Counted from the whole stretch's first letter, positions 23,270 to 38,000 are shown. The stretch: DNA of 61,858 bases, filler included, from Platydemus manokwari (GCA_037951405.1; 5 parts of 5 records of this genome joined end to end with filler, not necessarily neighbours in it); one strand, 5' to 3'. A program made the numbers and translations. The notes: generated from the sequence alone by a model not told the origin.

Positions 23270-26200
23270 ATTTTTACAGCTTTGCTCCAACTCAAAGGTT
23301 TGGTGTTGTTTGTGTCAAAACGGAAAGAAATCTTTTGTCATACCCTGTAGTACCAATATTACAGCGGTACGTAAACACTTTGATACCATTCATAATCTGA
23401 CAGATATTAATGATCTTGAAATAACTTGTCACTGTGGTTTTGTAGGAAATATTGTTAATTTCAAGTCACATTACAATTCCCATAATTCTACTACTCAGGA
23501 AAAAACTTGTGAATCTTTGACTTTAAATGACAAAATATTGATCCCATTGCATTTAGAGGAAGACGATCTTAATTCAGAATGACTAAGTGGGCCAGCGATT
23601 GAAGGTTATATCGCCTTCGATTGTCTGGTAGGAAAAGTATAGTTTTCATTCCGCCTTTTCCTGCTATAACTATTTCCCGCTCTAAGTCGGATTTATTCTA
23701 TGATTCTTTCTTGTTTCGTAATATAGGAACTTCATCGATAGTACTATGGCTGATACATTGGAATAACGATCATTGACTTTCCTTCATTGCCAATGTTGGT
23801 AAACAAATATCCCGCAAGGAGTGAGTTGTCAGAAGAACAAGGATTTCTATAGGACAAATTTAATTGGATCTTGGAGCATCTTCTTGCTCCAAGAATTATT
23901 ATCTCTTTCTCAAAAAAATTCATTTTGATATGACTTTTGATATATTTCATTTCTTATATGATAGGCTATTCTGAATATTGTAATTTCTCATCTCCAGTAG
24001 ATCTGTAGTTTCTCATCGAACTTTAGATCTCAAATAAACTTTTGTTTGAGAGACTTATTAAATAGGAAACGTGGACTTGAAAAAACTCGTATATCGTCTT
24101 CTGGTCTTCACCCTCTCATCGTTGAGGCGATGATATTCATGGATGATATTGATGTGAATTTGACTAAGGTCATTGAATTTGGTAGAAAGGCAATATCACG
24201 TGTATATCCTGATAGGTTTTGATCCAAGATTAGGTATATGTTAGATGGAAAAGTAGAACCTTCTAAGTCTATTTTTGAGTTAAGGGAAGAGTATATAGTA
24301 ATACTTAAGAAAGTAATTTGAGATTGCTACCTTCTTCTACTCCAACATCTTCACCATTTGTTGAAGATATTATCTCTTATTTTACACATCAATCTCCACA
24401 GCGTCTTTCTAATTTGAATATAGACTTTCCCTATTCAGAAGACCTTTTCACAAATGAGCCAATTTATGTGGAAGAAATTGTCTCTGCTTTCAAAACTTCG
24501 AAAAACTCTTCTCCTGGTAATGATAGCTTGTTGTTCAAGGATTGGTGTGAGATTGATCCGAAATTTGTGTTTTTGCATTAGTTCTTTAATATATTATTAA
24601 TTTCAGGGTGTGCGTCTAATTAGTGGAAAGAATTTAAGAATTCTCTTATATTGAAACCACTGAAGAATGGGGAAGCATACTTAGTATTATGTTTGCCACC
24701 AATTGCGCTAATGGATACCTCCTATAGACTGTTTTGTAGCATTATTAACATTCATATGCTCCATTGGATTACCAGTGGATATTAAGTCTCTGGGAATCAA
24801 AAAGCACTCTTTTCTGAGAATGGTTGTGCTAAGCACAATGCATGCCTTCAATCCATTTACGAATCTTGTAAAATGTCAAGGGCACATTGTTATTTCGTTT
24901 GATTTGATGTTAAAGAAGCATTTTCTAGCTTGCATCATGGGTTAATTTGGTTAACTCTGGAAAATATGGGTTGTGCATCGAGCACGATTAATCTTCTGAA
25001 GAATTTATTTACTGGCGTGAGTACCACATATCATTGTGAGAATATAATCACCGCTTCTATTGATTTGGTTTAAGGTGTCGAACAAGGTTGCCTTTGTCGA
25101 TGACATTATTCTGTTTATCGATAGATTTCCTTGTTAAGCCTTGCAATAATTTGCCAAGGCCTCTCACATTATCTAATATGGAAATTTCCATATTGGCTTA
25201 TGCTGACGACATGGTAGTTTTTTAGTAATGCAGCAGAGATTGCTGATAGGTTAAGTAGAATTGTGTATCTGGCTAGTAAGGTTTACCTTACCTTTAATCC
25301 AATTAAATGTGGATATTTATGTAATGATCCGGTGAAAAGAACGAATCTCAGAATATAAGATAGTGATGTTCCAGTTTTGGATGAAAAGAACCAATATAAG
25401 TATCTTGGAGTTCTGTTTGATTCCCCAAAGAGGAAAGATGTTTATGACATTTTAAATAATGTCATCTCCGACTTCGAGGTGATTTGTAATACGGACTTAC
25501 ATCCGAGCCAAAAGCTAAATTCCTTTAGAGTGTTTCTAGATTCTAGACTGCCGTTTTACCTTTGAAACAGAAAGGTCAGTATTCTATCTCTTTCCTCTCC
25601 ACACAAGAGGCAAATGGGTGGTAAGTAAAAGGAACTCGGGTTCGATGAGTTGATAGGAGTTAGCTTTTTTTTGTCAGCCAATAATGACTTTTTGTATATC
25701 TGTAGAAAGTTGGATGGTCTTGGCCAGCAAAAATTGACTATTATATTTAGAGTATAGTAGGTGGTTTTCGGTTGTTGAACAGCTCTGACTCTGTCTTTGC
25801 TTCTTTTGTACAAAAGAGATTGATCGCAGTAGTGAACAAACTTTTCAATCGTTCTGAAGTTGTCGAATTTCATAGAGCTCTTGACTGGCTAAATAGCATA
25901 ATTGATGATGAGCATGCTGGACCGGGCTCTTGGTGTTCGAAGGTTCTGTTGGGAGTCCGGGCTCTGCGGAAGAGAGGAATAGATTGTAAGTTCGTCTTGC
26001 TTGAAGGAAATATATTTGTTAAGGTTACCTGTAGGGATTCACAATATATTATAGGCAACATAGAGAAGGATAAATTGTGTTATATTCGTCATGATGGGTT
26101 TAGTTTCTTGAGTTTTATCTCTTTGACTGAGAAAATATTGCAGGGTATGTTAGTTAAGACTGTTATGCTATCTAAGGTTTCAATTGGAGTCTTAGACTCA

Positions 26201-26670
26201 ATTGTGTTGTCACTACAGGTTTGGTACTCCCTGGCCTTGGGTAGAAATAACCTTTTACCACTGAATTTCCGGCCTTTCCGTGTAATGCATGGTAAATATT
26301 TAAATTGCCGTCGATGCGGTACTACAGTGGAATCGATGGCCTAAGTACTCAACCATTGTATTGGTAACCCTTATGGGGCGATCTCTAAGCATAATGTAGT
26401 GCTTCTAATTTTTGCTAAAAGGCTAATTGCATTAGGATATAATGTAGGCACCGACTGCTCGCCAACTGAGGTGAAGACTTCATTACGTCCTGACTTAATA
26501 ATCCGAACTTCGGGTAGTAAAAACATGTAAAAACATACCTTCCTCGGAGATCTTAAGGTTCCACTTGATAAGGAAGAAAGCTTTAAGAATAACTTGGAGA
26601 GAAACTACCAAAAATGATGAAGATTTGGTAGTTCAAATAGCTAGGCACTTCAGAACTTCAGTCTGTTGTT
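23270..26670 (+). mobile_element. Degenerate non-LTR retrotransposon with restriction-like endonuclease (R2/NeSL/Utopia-like)
   Basis: N-terminal C2H2-like fingers (CCLC..HFDTIH; CHC..HYNSH). RT motifs SSPGND, PIALMDTSYRLF, DVKEAFSSL, GVEQG, YADD (25199-25210), FNPIKC, YKYLGV, LHPSQKL. C-terminal CRRCG..*VLNHC (26306), KHN, RPDL (26486), DLKVP (26549). Many stops and frameshifts. Confidence 0.88.
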
Positions 26671-27249
26671 TATAAGATGTATATGAGAGATAATATCGTC
26701 TTCCTCAACTTTCTATTCATTTTTATGCTGTGGTAAAGCGCATCTACCTTAATTGCTAAGATCATCTCGACATGGAGAAAACCAAGTATATATAGAATAA
26801 ATATTACTTTTTATTTTCATTTTATAACAGAAAAAATATCGCCACGGAGATGAGTTTTATTATTATTACATAACTATATTTAGTTTTTTCAGATTTTAGC
26901 GTGGTAATTGATGAAAAATGGGGTGATCGCAGAACGAGAAAATCGGTTTAAAGAAAAGGGCACAGTGAACATTTTCATGCCCTGTGAAAAACGACTGCGA
27001 TTAACAAATTTGGACTACAAAAAACCAGAATTCGGACTTTGATTTTCAAATGAGAAATTTTTATGTTTTGAAATAAATCTTTACATCTTCATCACCCCGA
27101 TCTTGATTTATCAATAAATCTAATTGAAATCTTGATAAATCATATAATCCAATAAAAATTTGGCACATTATTATAAATTATGTTGTCAGTTGAAGCCAGT
27201 TGAAAGAATTAATGTTTTAGTTTTTGAATTGTCAGTGCTGATTTTTAAG

Positions 27250-29330
27250 TCAATAAAAGTTTCAGTCATGACCTTTTGTTGTTGTTTAGTCAAGAAAAGT
27301 AGAAAGCACTAATTTGCTTACGAAATATCAATATTTAATAGGAATACATATATGAGGGTTTTTAAGAGTTTGGTGGTAATTTAAGTTCAAATTATAAATT
27401 GTGTGCTCAAAGTGATTCGATAAATTTATTAAATATCTGACTCCAAAGATATTAAGGTGCTATATCGAAGGATTCCCCGTAACCATTTGGCTTCTTTTCT
27501 GAGATAAAAATCATACTTACAGTTTCTCAAGAGTTTTTGATTATCAGTCTTGTCACCTAAAATTACCGAACAAATCTTTTACAATTGAAAGATATGATGT
27601 TTTTAATTAAATATAGATTGGTTTTAAGAGTTTCACAGAACAGCTTACAAGGCCATAGATACTGAGCAAATTAAATCACAAAAGATCCTTGACTTGTGAC
27701 TTGGCAGTCTTTGTATTCTTTGTTTCAATTTTTTTGGCTTTGTTGTCATAATATTCAAAACATGTGGATCTTATCTAAAATATTTTTGCCAATAAATTCA
27801 ATTTCTTTCTCATCATCTTTGTTATATGAAATTTTCTTTAATGAAAAAATGCTTTGTTTTGATAATGTTTCTTTGTATAAAAACATTTTATAAGTTTATA
27901 TTTAACATTATTTTAATGAGAGAGTATACATCTCTTCCACATATTTCATTGAACATCATCTTTTCTATTTCTCACTGATTGCCATAAGATTATTGATTTT
28001 CGTTCAGACCACTTGATCATTTTCTCTAATAATTACTTCCTAATTTTGTTATTTCTAAATGGATATAATACTGCTCGATTAATAAATATATTTGTAACTC
28101 ATACATCGGTAAATTATTTAATTTAGTTTTTTCTCTTATTTTTATCTTACACACATACATATAATAGGTGTGTTGAGATTATGATATCCTAATGTGTGTA
28201 AATAACGTGAGTTTTCTCTGTTGGCTCAAGCGCGATGTCAATCCAAATATAAATTCAAAAACTAAAAATCAAATATAAAACTCCTCTATTGATACAACAA
28301 ATAAAATTCCAAGCAATTAAAAGAGTTTTACCATGTAATAACACCTCACAAATGCATAAAATATCAAAGTTGTCCTTTAATTTACAAAATTCTCAGACAA
28401 ATTGATATATTCACATTACAATTTCAAATTTTCCAAACCAGGCACAGTTAGAAAGTTTAATCAATGAGGAAAGGTTCCGATAAAGAAACTCCTTTGTATT
28501 GAGATAGATTTTACAAATATCAATAAATTTTAAAATATTTTATATCTCACTCAAAAATTTACTTAAGTTGTAAGGTTTTGTCTTAATTTGAATTATATGC
28601 GTATTCAATTATAGATTTTGGTCCGCAAAGATCTTAAATATATCACCAATCCTCTTAGTCTAAGCACAATTTTTTAAGAGATAATTTTGTAAATTTGCCT
28701 CTTCTTACATACTAGTTTTGACTGAGATTAATTTCTCGTGTTACCCATAATCATGAACAATTTCCCAGTTAATTTAATAAATTATGTTTCTTTTCCTCGC
28801 ATTATAATCATTTTTAAATGTTTACGTATTTGTTTTAATTTCACAACTCAATAAAATTAATTTTCTTCATTCCTATTTTCTATTTATTATTTATTATAGA
28901 TTTCATAATACTGACAACGAAATTTATATAACGAGATTCCTTCACAAAGCTAACTATATAATGACTGAATAATCAAATAAAAATTGTCTAATAATGTCAA
29001 ATTTCGAATTAAATGTATTGCTATTTTCACTCGTGAACCTTTAGTTAGGATTCTGTACCCTGGACTTTGATTGGAGCTTTTGGTAAAGCCATTGTAATTT
29101 TTGATAAGATGGAGATGGAGATGTCTGAAAAGATGAAGACGGCGAACTCTCTCTTTCTTCCGACCTGAAATAGATGGTATGAAATCTCCTATTTGATTTA
29201 TAAGCACTTTATAAAACACAAGTTTGCCGAAATTTAAAAGATTATTGGTGACGATATATAACACAGGCTTAAGAATCATTTGTTGATGAAAATGAATTCC
29301 ACAATTTTTCAACAATTTGTTTTGGCACAT
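27250..29330 (-). mobile_element. Highly decayed Gypsy-like pol relic (RT-RNaseH-integrase order)
   Basis: Minus-strand patches: NGFTKSSNQSP and IQSLYS*LCEG..YYEI (RT), EANL..KNC and KPYNLSKFL (RT/connection), CKRFVR and S*ETVSMIFISEKKPNGY (~PWETISMDFI..NGY, integrase). Confidence 0.4.
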
Positions 29331-30218
29331 TGAATCTCACTTGTACAAAAATTGTACGTAAAAACTATTTTTATCAAATATAAATTACTCATGTGTTTAT
29401 GCTTCTTGCTTTCTTCACTTCACTCACTTTTGTATTATAAACCTTGTTTTGATACTTCAGTAATAGAACTATATAAGCGTTTCATACGACATCATCTATA
29501 TTAATCTTTTCAAGTGTAGGTGTTTAAGTGATGAATATTGTGATGAATATAAGAATATACATTTTAGACATTGATAAGGATCATTTCTCAACTATCATTC
29601 GTTGTTTTTAGATCATAATTTCCATTAAATGATTTTTATTATGTTACGTTTATTTTCTTAAAGGAATTGTTTATATTTTATACACACGATTCAAATTAAG
29701 TAATTTAAATAAGATAATTGAAACTGATCAGCCAAAATTTAGAAATTCTTGTATAAGCTCTATTAATTACAATTTTACATGAATTTTCAGAACGAAAATA
29801 CATAATTATTTTATTGTTTTATTTTGAAAATCACTTAAAATTAATGTTTATTTATTAAAGTTTATCTTAAGACGTTCTTCTAATTTCATTCTACTTCTTT
29901 GCTCAATTATTTTGTTTTTTTGAAAATTTTAAAGTTAAAACTTTTTTAAAATTTTTAAAATTTAAATATTTCAAAGTCTTATTATAAATTTGATACTTTG
30001 AGATGTATCTTTTCCTAACTTATATAAATTGAAGAGTATAATTTATAATATTCGGAAAACTTTCACCGGCAATAAATATACAAAATTTAAAAGTTGTTGT
30101 TTAAACTTTGTATTCTTGCTTTATGTTCGCATAATTTAAAATTTTCTAAACTTAAATTTTATAATTTTTAATTTCTGTGAAGTATTTGAATTAGTCTTTG
30201 ATTTAGTTGATAAATAAA

Positions 30219-31003
30219 ATGGAAATCAGAAGAAAAGTGAAAAATGTTGTGTACAAGTATTCTGAGGCTGAAAAATATGTTAGGGAAGCCACATCAAATG
30301 ATCCATGGGGACCCACTAGTACAATAATGAGTGAAATTGCTGATATGACACAGAGTTTTGCGGAATTTGATAATATTATGCAATTAATTTGGAAAAGATT
30401 GAATGATAAAGGCAAAAATTGGCGACACGTTTACAAATCATTAGTTTTGTTGGACTACTTGGTTAAATGCGGTAGTGACAAAGTTGCTGAAGAATGTTTG
30501 CAAAACATCCATACAATTGAAACTCTAAAAGATTTTCAATACTTCGAAGAACATAAGGATTTGGGTATTGGAATCAGGGAAAAGTCTAAATCTTTAGTGG
30601 CCTTGTTGAAAGATCGAGAAATATTAGATCATGAACGTTCTAAAGGTTTGAAAGTTAAAGAAAAATTTCAAGCTAGCAACACGGGTCTGGGTTCTCATCA
30701 ACTACGAAAACCGGGCCAATTGGGTAAAGAGATTCGTAAACAGTTTTCGAAAGATTCTCCATGTAAGTCATTTAGACGATTTTACCCATCAATAATTTTA
30801 CCCATTAATGTCCAGTTCCAAAAACCGTAATGAAATTAAATTTTGACGATGCTCGAGACGACGCGGAAGATGAAGATTTCCAAAGAGCAATCGAATTGAG
30901 CAAGGAAGAGCACGAAAGATCGATGAGAATCAAATTGGAAGAAGAACGACGGGAAGAGTTGAAGATTAAATTGGCATTGGAACAGAGCAAGAAGGAAGAT
31001 GAG
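30219..31003 (+). CDS. EPN: Epsin (ENTH domain + two UIMs), 5' part; exons 30219-30762 and 30816-31003
   Basis: IRRKVKNVVYKYSEAEKYVREATSNDPWGP...IWKRLNDKGKNWRHVYKSLVLLDYL..IETLKDFQY, then a 53-nt GTAAGT..CAG intron and UIMs DEDFQRAIELSKEE and EELKIKLALEQSKKE. There is a donor at 31004, and the rest of the gene is not visible before the contig ends. Confidence 0.93.
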
Positions 31004-31722
31004 GTGTCATTTTGTCTCATTTGATTTTTTGTTGAAATTATTTAATTAATTAATTAATTAATTTAAAATAATTGATTTTATTTAAATAAAGTTTGGATAA
31101 ATTTCCAAAATTAAAAGAATTGAAGCCAGTGACATTTATTAAATGAATCCATTTGACTTATGGTTTTGAATATGTCTGTTGTTGCTTGATAATTTGGGGG
31201 GGGGGGCGCATTTGTATTTATGAAACGGGGAAATGAAGCTAATCAATGTTTTGTTCGTTTTTCGATGGGAAAATGTCGATTTATATGCTTTAATAACTTT
31301 AGGGGAGTTCAATTGATTGAAGGGACTTGCCAATTCTCAATTTGAATAAATCAACTCTTTGCAAGTTTGTCCTTAAAAGATTCGATAAAAAACAATTTCT
31401 TTTTTTTCATAAATCTTCTTCCCAAAATGTAATTAATAAATAATATTTATACTTATCATCATTAATAAATCGGGCGGAGTTATTAATTACCAGGACCATA
31501 AATTCTGAATATTAATGGATATCTTACTTTGATCTCTAAAAGTTTTAGATTAATTATAAAAATTAATTCGTCACGAGATTCTGTTTTAAAAAAAGCTGAA
31601 CCGGATTTACCATGGCTGATAATCGGAAGGGGGTTAATTGATTGGAGAGGAACCCATCAATTATCAATATGAATTAATCACCTATTTTTTGTCCCAATAT
31701 TTGATATAATAAATAGAAAAAG

Positions 31723-31770
<48 letters not shown>
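31723..31770. repeat. (ATT)n microsatellite
   Basis: 16 ATT units. Confidence 0.95.
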
Positions 31771-31849
31771 GAAATGTCATCATTGGAATATTAATCGTGA
31801 AAATAGATTTTATCAATTATATTTAATGTAAAATGGGGGGGGGTCATAT

Positions 31850-31949
31850 NNNNNNNNNNNNNNNNNNNNNNNNNNNNNNNNNNNNNNNNNNNNTTAATTA
31901 ATTAANNNNNNNNNNNNNNNNNNNNNNNNNNNNNNNNNNNNNNNNNNNN
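31850..31949. other. Artificial contig spacer
   Basis: N44-TTAATTAATTAA-N44. Confidence 0.98.
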
Positions 31950-32075
31950 ATGTACGAATATAGACAAAATATAATGAATTATCTTGAAATCAATCAAACA
32001 TACAGTTTATTAAAACACAAACACATCTTTATTGCGCTAAAATTAAATTTATAAAAATATTAATATCTCACTTAC

Positions 32076-35000
32076 TTGCTGAAAAATCGTGAACATTGTA
32101 CGACTCTGCGTCACATGATAAAGAATGTGTCATCTAAATATTGAAAAAAAATATACATTACGACCAACTTTAGAGGTATTAAACGTTAAACATTTGACAC
32201 ACGTCCATGCACAGACACAAACTGACCATACACAAACACCTCAATTTGACATCTATTGCGTTCACTATTCGCCATTAATCTACTAAATACACAATCTCGA
32301 CCTGCATATTAATGATTTGGTATGGATTTCCAAATTACATATTAATAATAATAATTATTATATTACTAATTGTTAATAATATATATATATATATATACAA
32401 TTAATATTTTTTAATTTAATAAAATTATCAATAGCACACCCTTAGCCACTTTCGACTTGATCTCAGATTTTTACTGGTGAAATTGATTGAGCTCGGTACA
32501 TATTCTTTGGGTAATTTTGAAGGATCAGATTCCTTTTCCGGAGTAGTTGCTGATGGAGATATTGCTTCTGATGGTAATGAAGACACATCACCGGAGGCTC
32601 TTCGACTACTGTTATTCGAATAAGCCATACTTATGGATAACGATCGAATTCGAGTAACTATACTTCCGATATTAGTAGAATTGTTATTGGAAGCAATATG
32701 GAGCTTAGGAAGACGAAATTGATATTTGGAATTATGTAACTTTAAGCTGGAAGAATCTCCTAACGTTAGATCTAACATTGAATAATTATTTCAATATGGT
32801 TCGATTGGTTAGAACAAAAATAGTCTATCGAGATTAGCATTGAATATTAAATAAAGCATAATTATTTGATTTACAGGTGCTAGGTTGTGCACATTATTTA
32901 TAATACACGAAACTAAAATAATTCAATTGTTGATACTATCGTACCATATTTCAATATTCATTATATTATAGGCTAAAGCATAAAAATAAAATAGATTTTC
33001 AGCTTAAATAATGAACAATTCGAAAGTGTTTTTATATATCGGAAAATGGTAACAACCCCTTGACAATGACTACACATATTGTACTAGCAATTATCACACA
33101 ATATAGTTAGTTATTCATTGAAATTAAAGATAATTATAGATCAACACAACAGACTCTTATTTTACAAGGCATTGCATACATAATTACAAAGTAATTTGTA
33201 AAAATAAAATACGATAAAAAAAATAGTAAAAAGAGATCGGATCACGATTTATGTATTGAAAATGTCGAAAAATGTTTTTATTAAAGAATAATTAAAACAA
33301 TTTATTTTACATCAAATTTATGCTTAAAGGACTTTGAAAGTCAATCCCATTATGAAGTGAGATTTCAACATCCTATTTAATGTTCTTCTGGATCATTAAG
33401 AATGATTAATGAAATATTATTTGGTAATCGATATTTAACTATGAGTACAAAAGTATTGAAATAATTAATTGACAATTGCTACCCATCAACAATATAATTT
33501 CTATAATCAATTTTTCAACAGAGATGAACCAGTTCCATTCAATTAACGTCAATATTTTCTACCATTAAGCATGTTGTGACAACTAATCGTCTGTACAAGA
33601 GCATATATTAATATTTTGTTTTGTTTCTCTTTCAAATTGACCCTTAAAAAGCCTTACTTTATTGTTAAAGAATAATTTCTATGTGATTTATGATGAAATT
33701 TGACGAAACCAAGAAAGATATTTATGGTTCCATAAAAACACTCATCAATATCATCATCCAATAACAATTTTCACTCTATTTAGATAAAAACCAACGTTTT
33801 TCCTAGACTATATTTAAAAGCTTATAACAATGACGATTGCAAATTATATTCGATTAATTAGCATGACTTTCAAATACAAACCTGGATATATTATTGGATA
33901 AAAATTTGACACACTTTTGTCGAACTTTTCAGTCACTTGTGGCACATGTGAGAATTTTGAAATGAATTAATTTTTTAAAGATTTAATTCAGGTTTTATAT
34001 AAAATTATACTAATTTGTTTATATAATTATATTTAAAATATAATTTGGTTATCCTTTTCAGTGGGAGTTTCATAAAATAGTAATGGCTTACAATATTATT
34101 ATAAGATCTAAGTTTAAAATTAATATTTTGATTAACCTTGAATTTTTATTCTTTGTTTTGTCATATGCAGAATATATAATTGAAAATACTTATTACGCCC
34201 GTTTTCATGTCATTCTAAATCAGGGAAAATTTAGAGCTATTAATGTATCTTCCTGTAAGGCTGATATCAGTAGAAAGTAAACAATCTGAATTTGATAAAA
34301 AAAGATTCACCTGGTGAAAAATTGACTTCCAAAATATCATCCTCGACGTATGATATTTTCAAACATCATACGACGAAGATATCCTTTAAATACTTTTCAA
34401 ATCACTTTTATTAATAGCCTTTGGTGATACAGAAAATTTTTGAGATACACCTTAAAAGCCCTCTGAGGCAATATTTAATATAAAATGTATCACTTTAATT
34501 ATTCGTTAAAAACACTTTTTTATATTACTTAATAAATAACTTTTATTTGTGATGTTTTAACTCATTTTAACTGGTAATTTCCAGTTATTTTTGGATTTTC
34601 TTTGAAAATAATGTGTTGTTTTATGCTGATATGCCTTGTGCAATGTACCAAACGCATTAAAAGGAACCGAATATATTTAGCTTTTTCAATTCCTCATTAT
34701 TCTATTCAAATATTTTGGGACAACAAATGACGTGATTATGCGTGTGTGTGTAAAAGTTAGCAGTGTCTCTGGATAAGTTTAAGATCCTTAAATTAAATAA
34801 AATTACAATGAATCTGAATTGATAATTTTATCTCTTGTTAGTGACAGCAAATTTCTTTATAGTTCCCGAAGTCTTAATTTTATTTACAAAATATTCGTTA
34901 AATAGCTCTCTCTTTATGTGAAAAATTTCCTTAGATAAAGATAAAATGAAGCATACATATTATGATTTTATATTTTGTTTATAAACTAAATTTTACTTTA

Positions 35001-38000
35001 TGTTTCTTCCCCTTTGACATCGGGATAATTTAGTCAGCATATTCTCTATATTACATACTCGGTGATGAGGAATTTGCAGTTCTTTGTAAGATTTCGGATG
35101 ATTAGTAATGGAGTGATTATTTTTTTCCAAGGTAGACAATGTGTCACCTGGAAAATCTCTAGCGATCACTTCCGAGACGAGACATCAAATATTTATATAG
35201 AAATGTATAAATTAATGATAAATTAAATAACCCGATTGTGAATTTTAAATTTAAGGCAAATAGAGATCGTTCATTATTACCATTAGGAAACTCTTAAAAA
35301 GAAATAGGTAAGGGTAACTAATATTGTCAAAGAAAAAGTGTTTAAATTTCAACTTTCATCAAATGTTATTTAAAGTCTTCAAAATATTAACTAAAATACT
35401 GTATAGAGATTGTGATAATTTTTAAATGATTTTAATTTTTAAAGATTTAATTCAAATTTTATATAAAATTACATTGATTTGTTGATATAATTGTATTTAA
35501 ATATATAATTTAATATCGTGACTTATCAATGCGTGGCTTATAAAATCGCAGTGGTTTACACGGCAACCAAGCATCTGGTTTCGATTCTGAGAATATCAAT
35601 GACTAAAAATTATAGAAAAGATGGAGGAAAATAAAGTGTAGTAATACCAGCAACTCACGACACAGTGCTAAGAGATAACGGAATTATATAAAGTGACCTT
35701 GTGCTAAAATCCAAAAGTGGGGGAATTGTGGAGTACTGATGAATATAAAATAGTACTAAACCAATCCAATCCAACACTATTATGAATTAACAAATCTTAA
35801 ACAAAATAAAATTTCAATCACATTCAAAATAATCACAAAAAATCTCAACATAGAAATGTTAATAATAAAATCTCTTTCCTATGTTTGGACAACATTAAAG
35901 TGGTCAAGAGGCTTATTGGATGATATGACTTGATTTAATTCATTTAAACAAAACATTAACCATTATAACATTTTTAGTATTATCAAAAAACTTTAAAATT
36001 CGAAAAACAAAACTACCTGATTGATAATTATCGGTCGATTTGTTCTTTAATAAATTAGATTTTTCTCTTTTCGTAGAACTTAAATGATTTGTAAAATTAT
36101 TCGTTGGAGATGATATTCCGCTATCCGGGACATCAGTTGTAACTCGTTCATCTAATAGTATTGGATTATTTCTTGACTATTTTAGATTGATAATGTTATA
36201 CATACCTTTGGATTTGATATCTGTCGATTTTGTAGAAGATGAATGGGAATTTTTGGTTTGTCTGTATGGACAACGAAATGTCGAATCTTTTTCAGGAAGT
36301 ATTGACTTCAAGCTGATATTGCTAGGTGAAAAAGATTTTCGTTATTAACTGATTTGAATAATTTACTTTCGAATATCATTCATAGAAATAGATCTGATCA
36401 AATCTTATCATTTTCGTTCTAAGATTTATGGATTCATCAAATGTCTTATGTTCTCCTGAAATATTTTTCAATGCCTAAATAAATTTATTTTGGAAATCTT
36501 TTCATGTGCGTTGGTTCTCAATTTTACTGATGAGTTTAGTGATTCATATAATTTGCAATTCAACTTCTCATTATCAATAGAATGGTTCTAAACAGCAGAC
36601 AATCCCAATATTGTTGTCTATCATGTGTTGAAGCCCTGGTAGCATAAATATTGTTTTCATTCTAAATTCCATTTCCATATTGTTTAATGAAATAGTGTTC
36701 AAAATACCAGCAAAATTATTGATTTGGTAGCGAAACAAATTTAATGTAAATAGAGTTAAAACGGATTAACAATGTGTGCAAAAACCAGGGAAACATATGA
36801 ATTAAGGTCGACCCTGGTAGTGATATAACTAGTGAGTTTAACCCTTATCAAAATTATATCAATAACCTTATATAAAATGTATTCATTAAAACAAATATTG
36901 CTAATTTATATTGGTTCATTATTTAAATGAGACCTACAAATTTTAAATTAATATATACATATATTATTATTAATATTGTCATAATTATTTAACGATAAAC
37001 CAGTTTCGTAGTTCTACTCATCAATATTGTCTAAAAAGTCGAATCTACCATTCCATCATTCATTCATCGGTTTATTCAAAATCGTTGTTATTTCCCCTAT
37101 TTTTACTAACACCTGTTAATTGGTCTTTATCATTTGTTATAATTTTAGTTTGATTTCATATCAGCACACCTGTCACAATAAATATTATTATTATTGGTAT
37201 TATTATTATTTGAAAGTCAGCTAAAACCATTCAAAATAATGCCACACGTATGTGAATAATTCATTGACGTCTTGTAGAATCTTTGGCATTCCAAAAAGGG
37301 ATTATATGTGCTTAAAATGCTTACTCACTTTAATAACAGCTTGATCTGGATCACGTGATAAAACCAATTTGATTTAATAATCAAAGAATCTTTGAAGTGA
37401 TTTTATCATCTAATATTTTTACTTGAAAATGATAATCAACAGAAAATCGTTTGGTCAATGCGATAAACTTTTAAATCTTTATATTTATAGTGTCGATTGT
37501 AAACAGAATGATCCTAGAGAAAAATTTAATCTCATCGAATACGGTTACAGATATTTAAATCACCAACGGTTTTACTCGATCATGTAATGATAGCAACTAT
37601 AATGTCTACATAAAAGTTCTAAAAATTCAAATCGATCGACTATCTGAAACCAAACCATTAAAAAAAGCTGAAAACCAAAAATAAAACTTAAATTTTCAAT
37701 TAATAATCTTAATTTTCCGTAATTTCTGTTATCCAAATATTTTATCTAGAATAGTTACTATAAGCTTTTTTCTTATTTTTTCGGAAAGGGGTTCCCCACT
37801 AATGATATCTAAATTCAAATATATTGATTTCCAATAAAGTAAACTGTCCTTTTTAAAAATAAAATTGCTGGCACAGGTTTTTTATTTCACTGATTGTGTA
37901 AATATATTGGAAATTCAAGATACTATTAAAAAGAGGTTTTGTGTTTTACTAGAAAAATTTGGAAATAACAAAATCAGAAATGAAAATAATTTTAATATTC

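Noticed and set aside
26755-26764. GCTAAGATCA, resembling U2 snRNA (the Utopia target), near the 3' end of the RLE element
   Set aside because: Only 10 nt match and the U2 flanking sequence is absent.
37329-37409. AG/GT-bounded candidate exon on the minus strand (also one near 39850)
   Set aside because: In-frame stops with the best acceptor, and it is not needed for a phase-consistent model.
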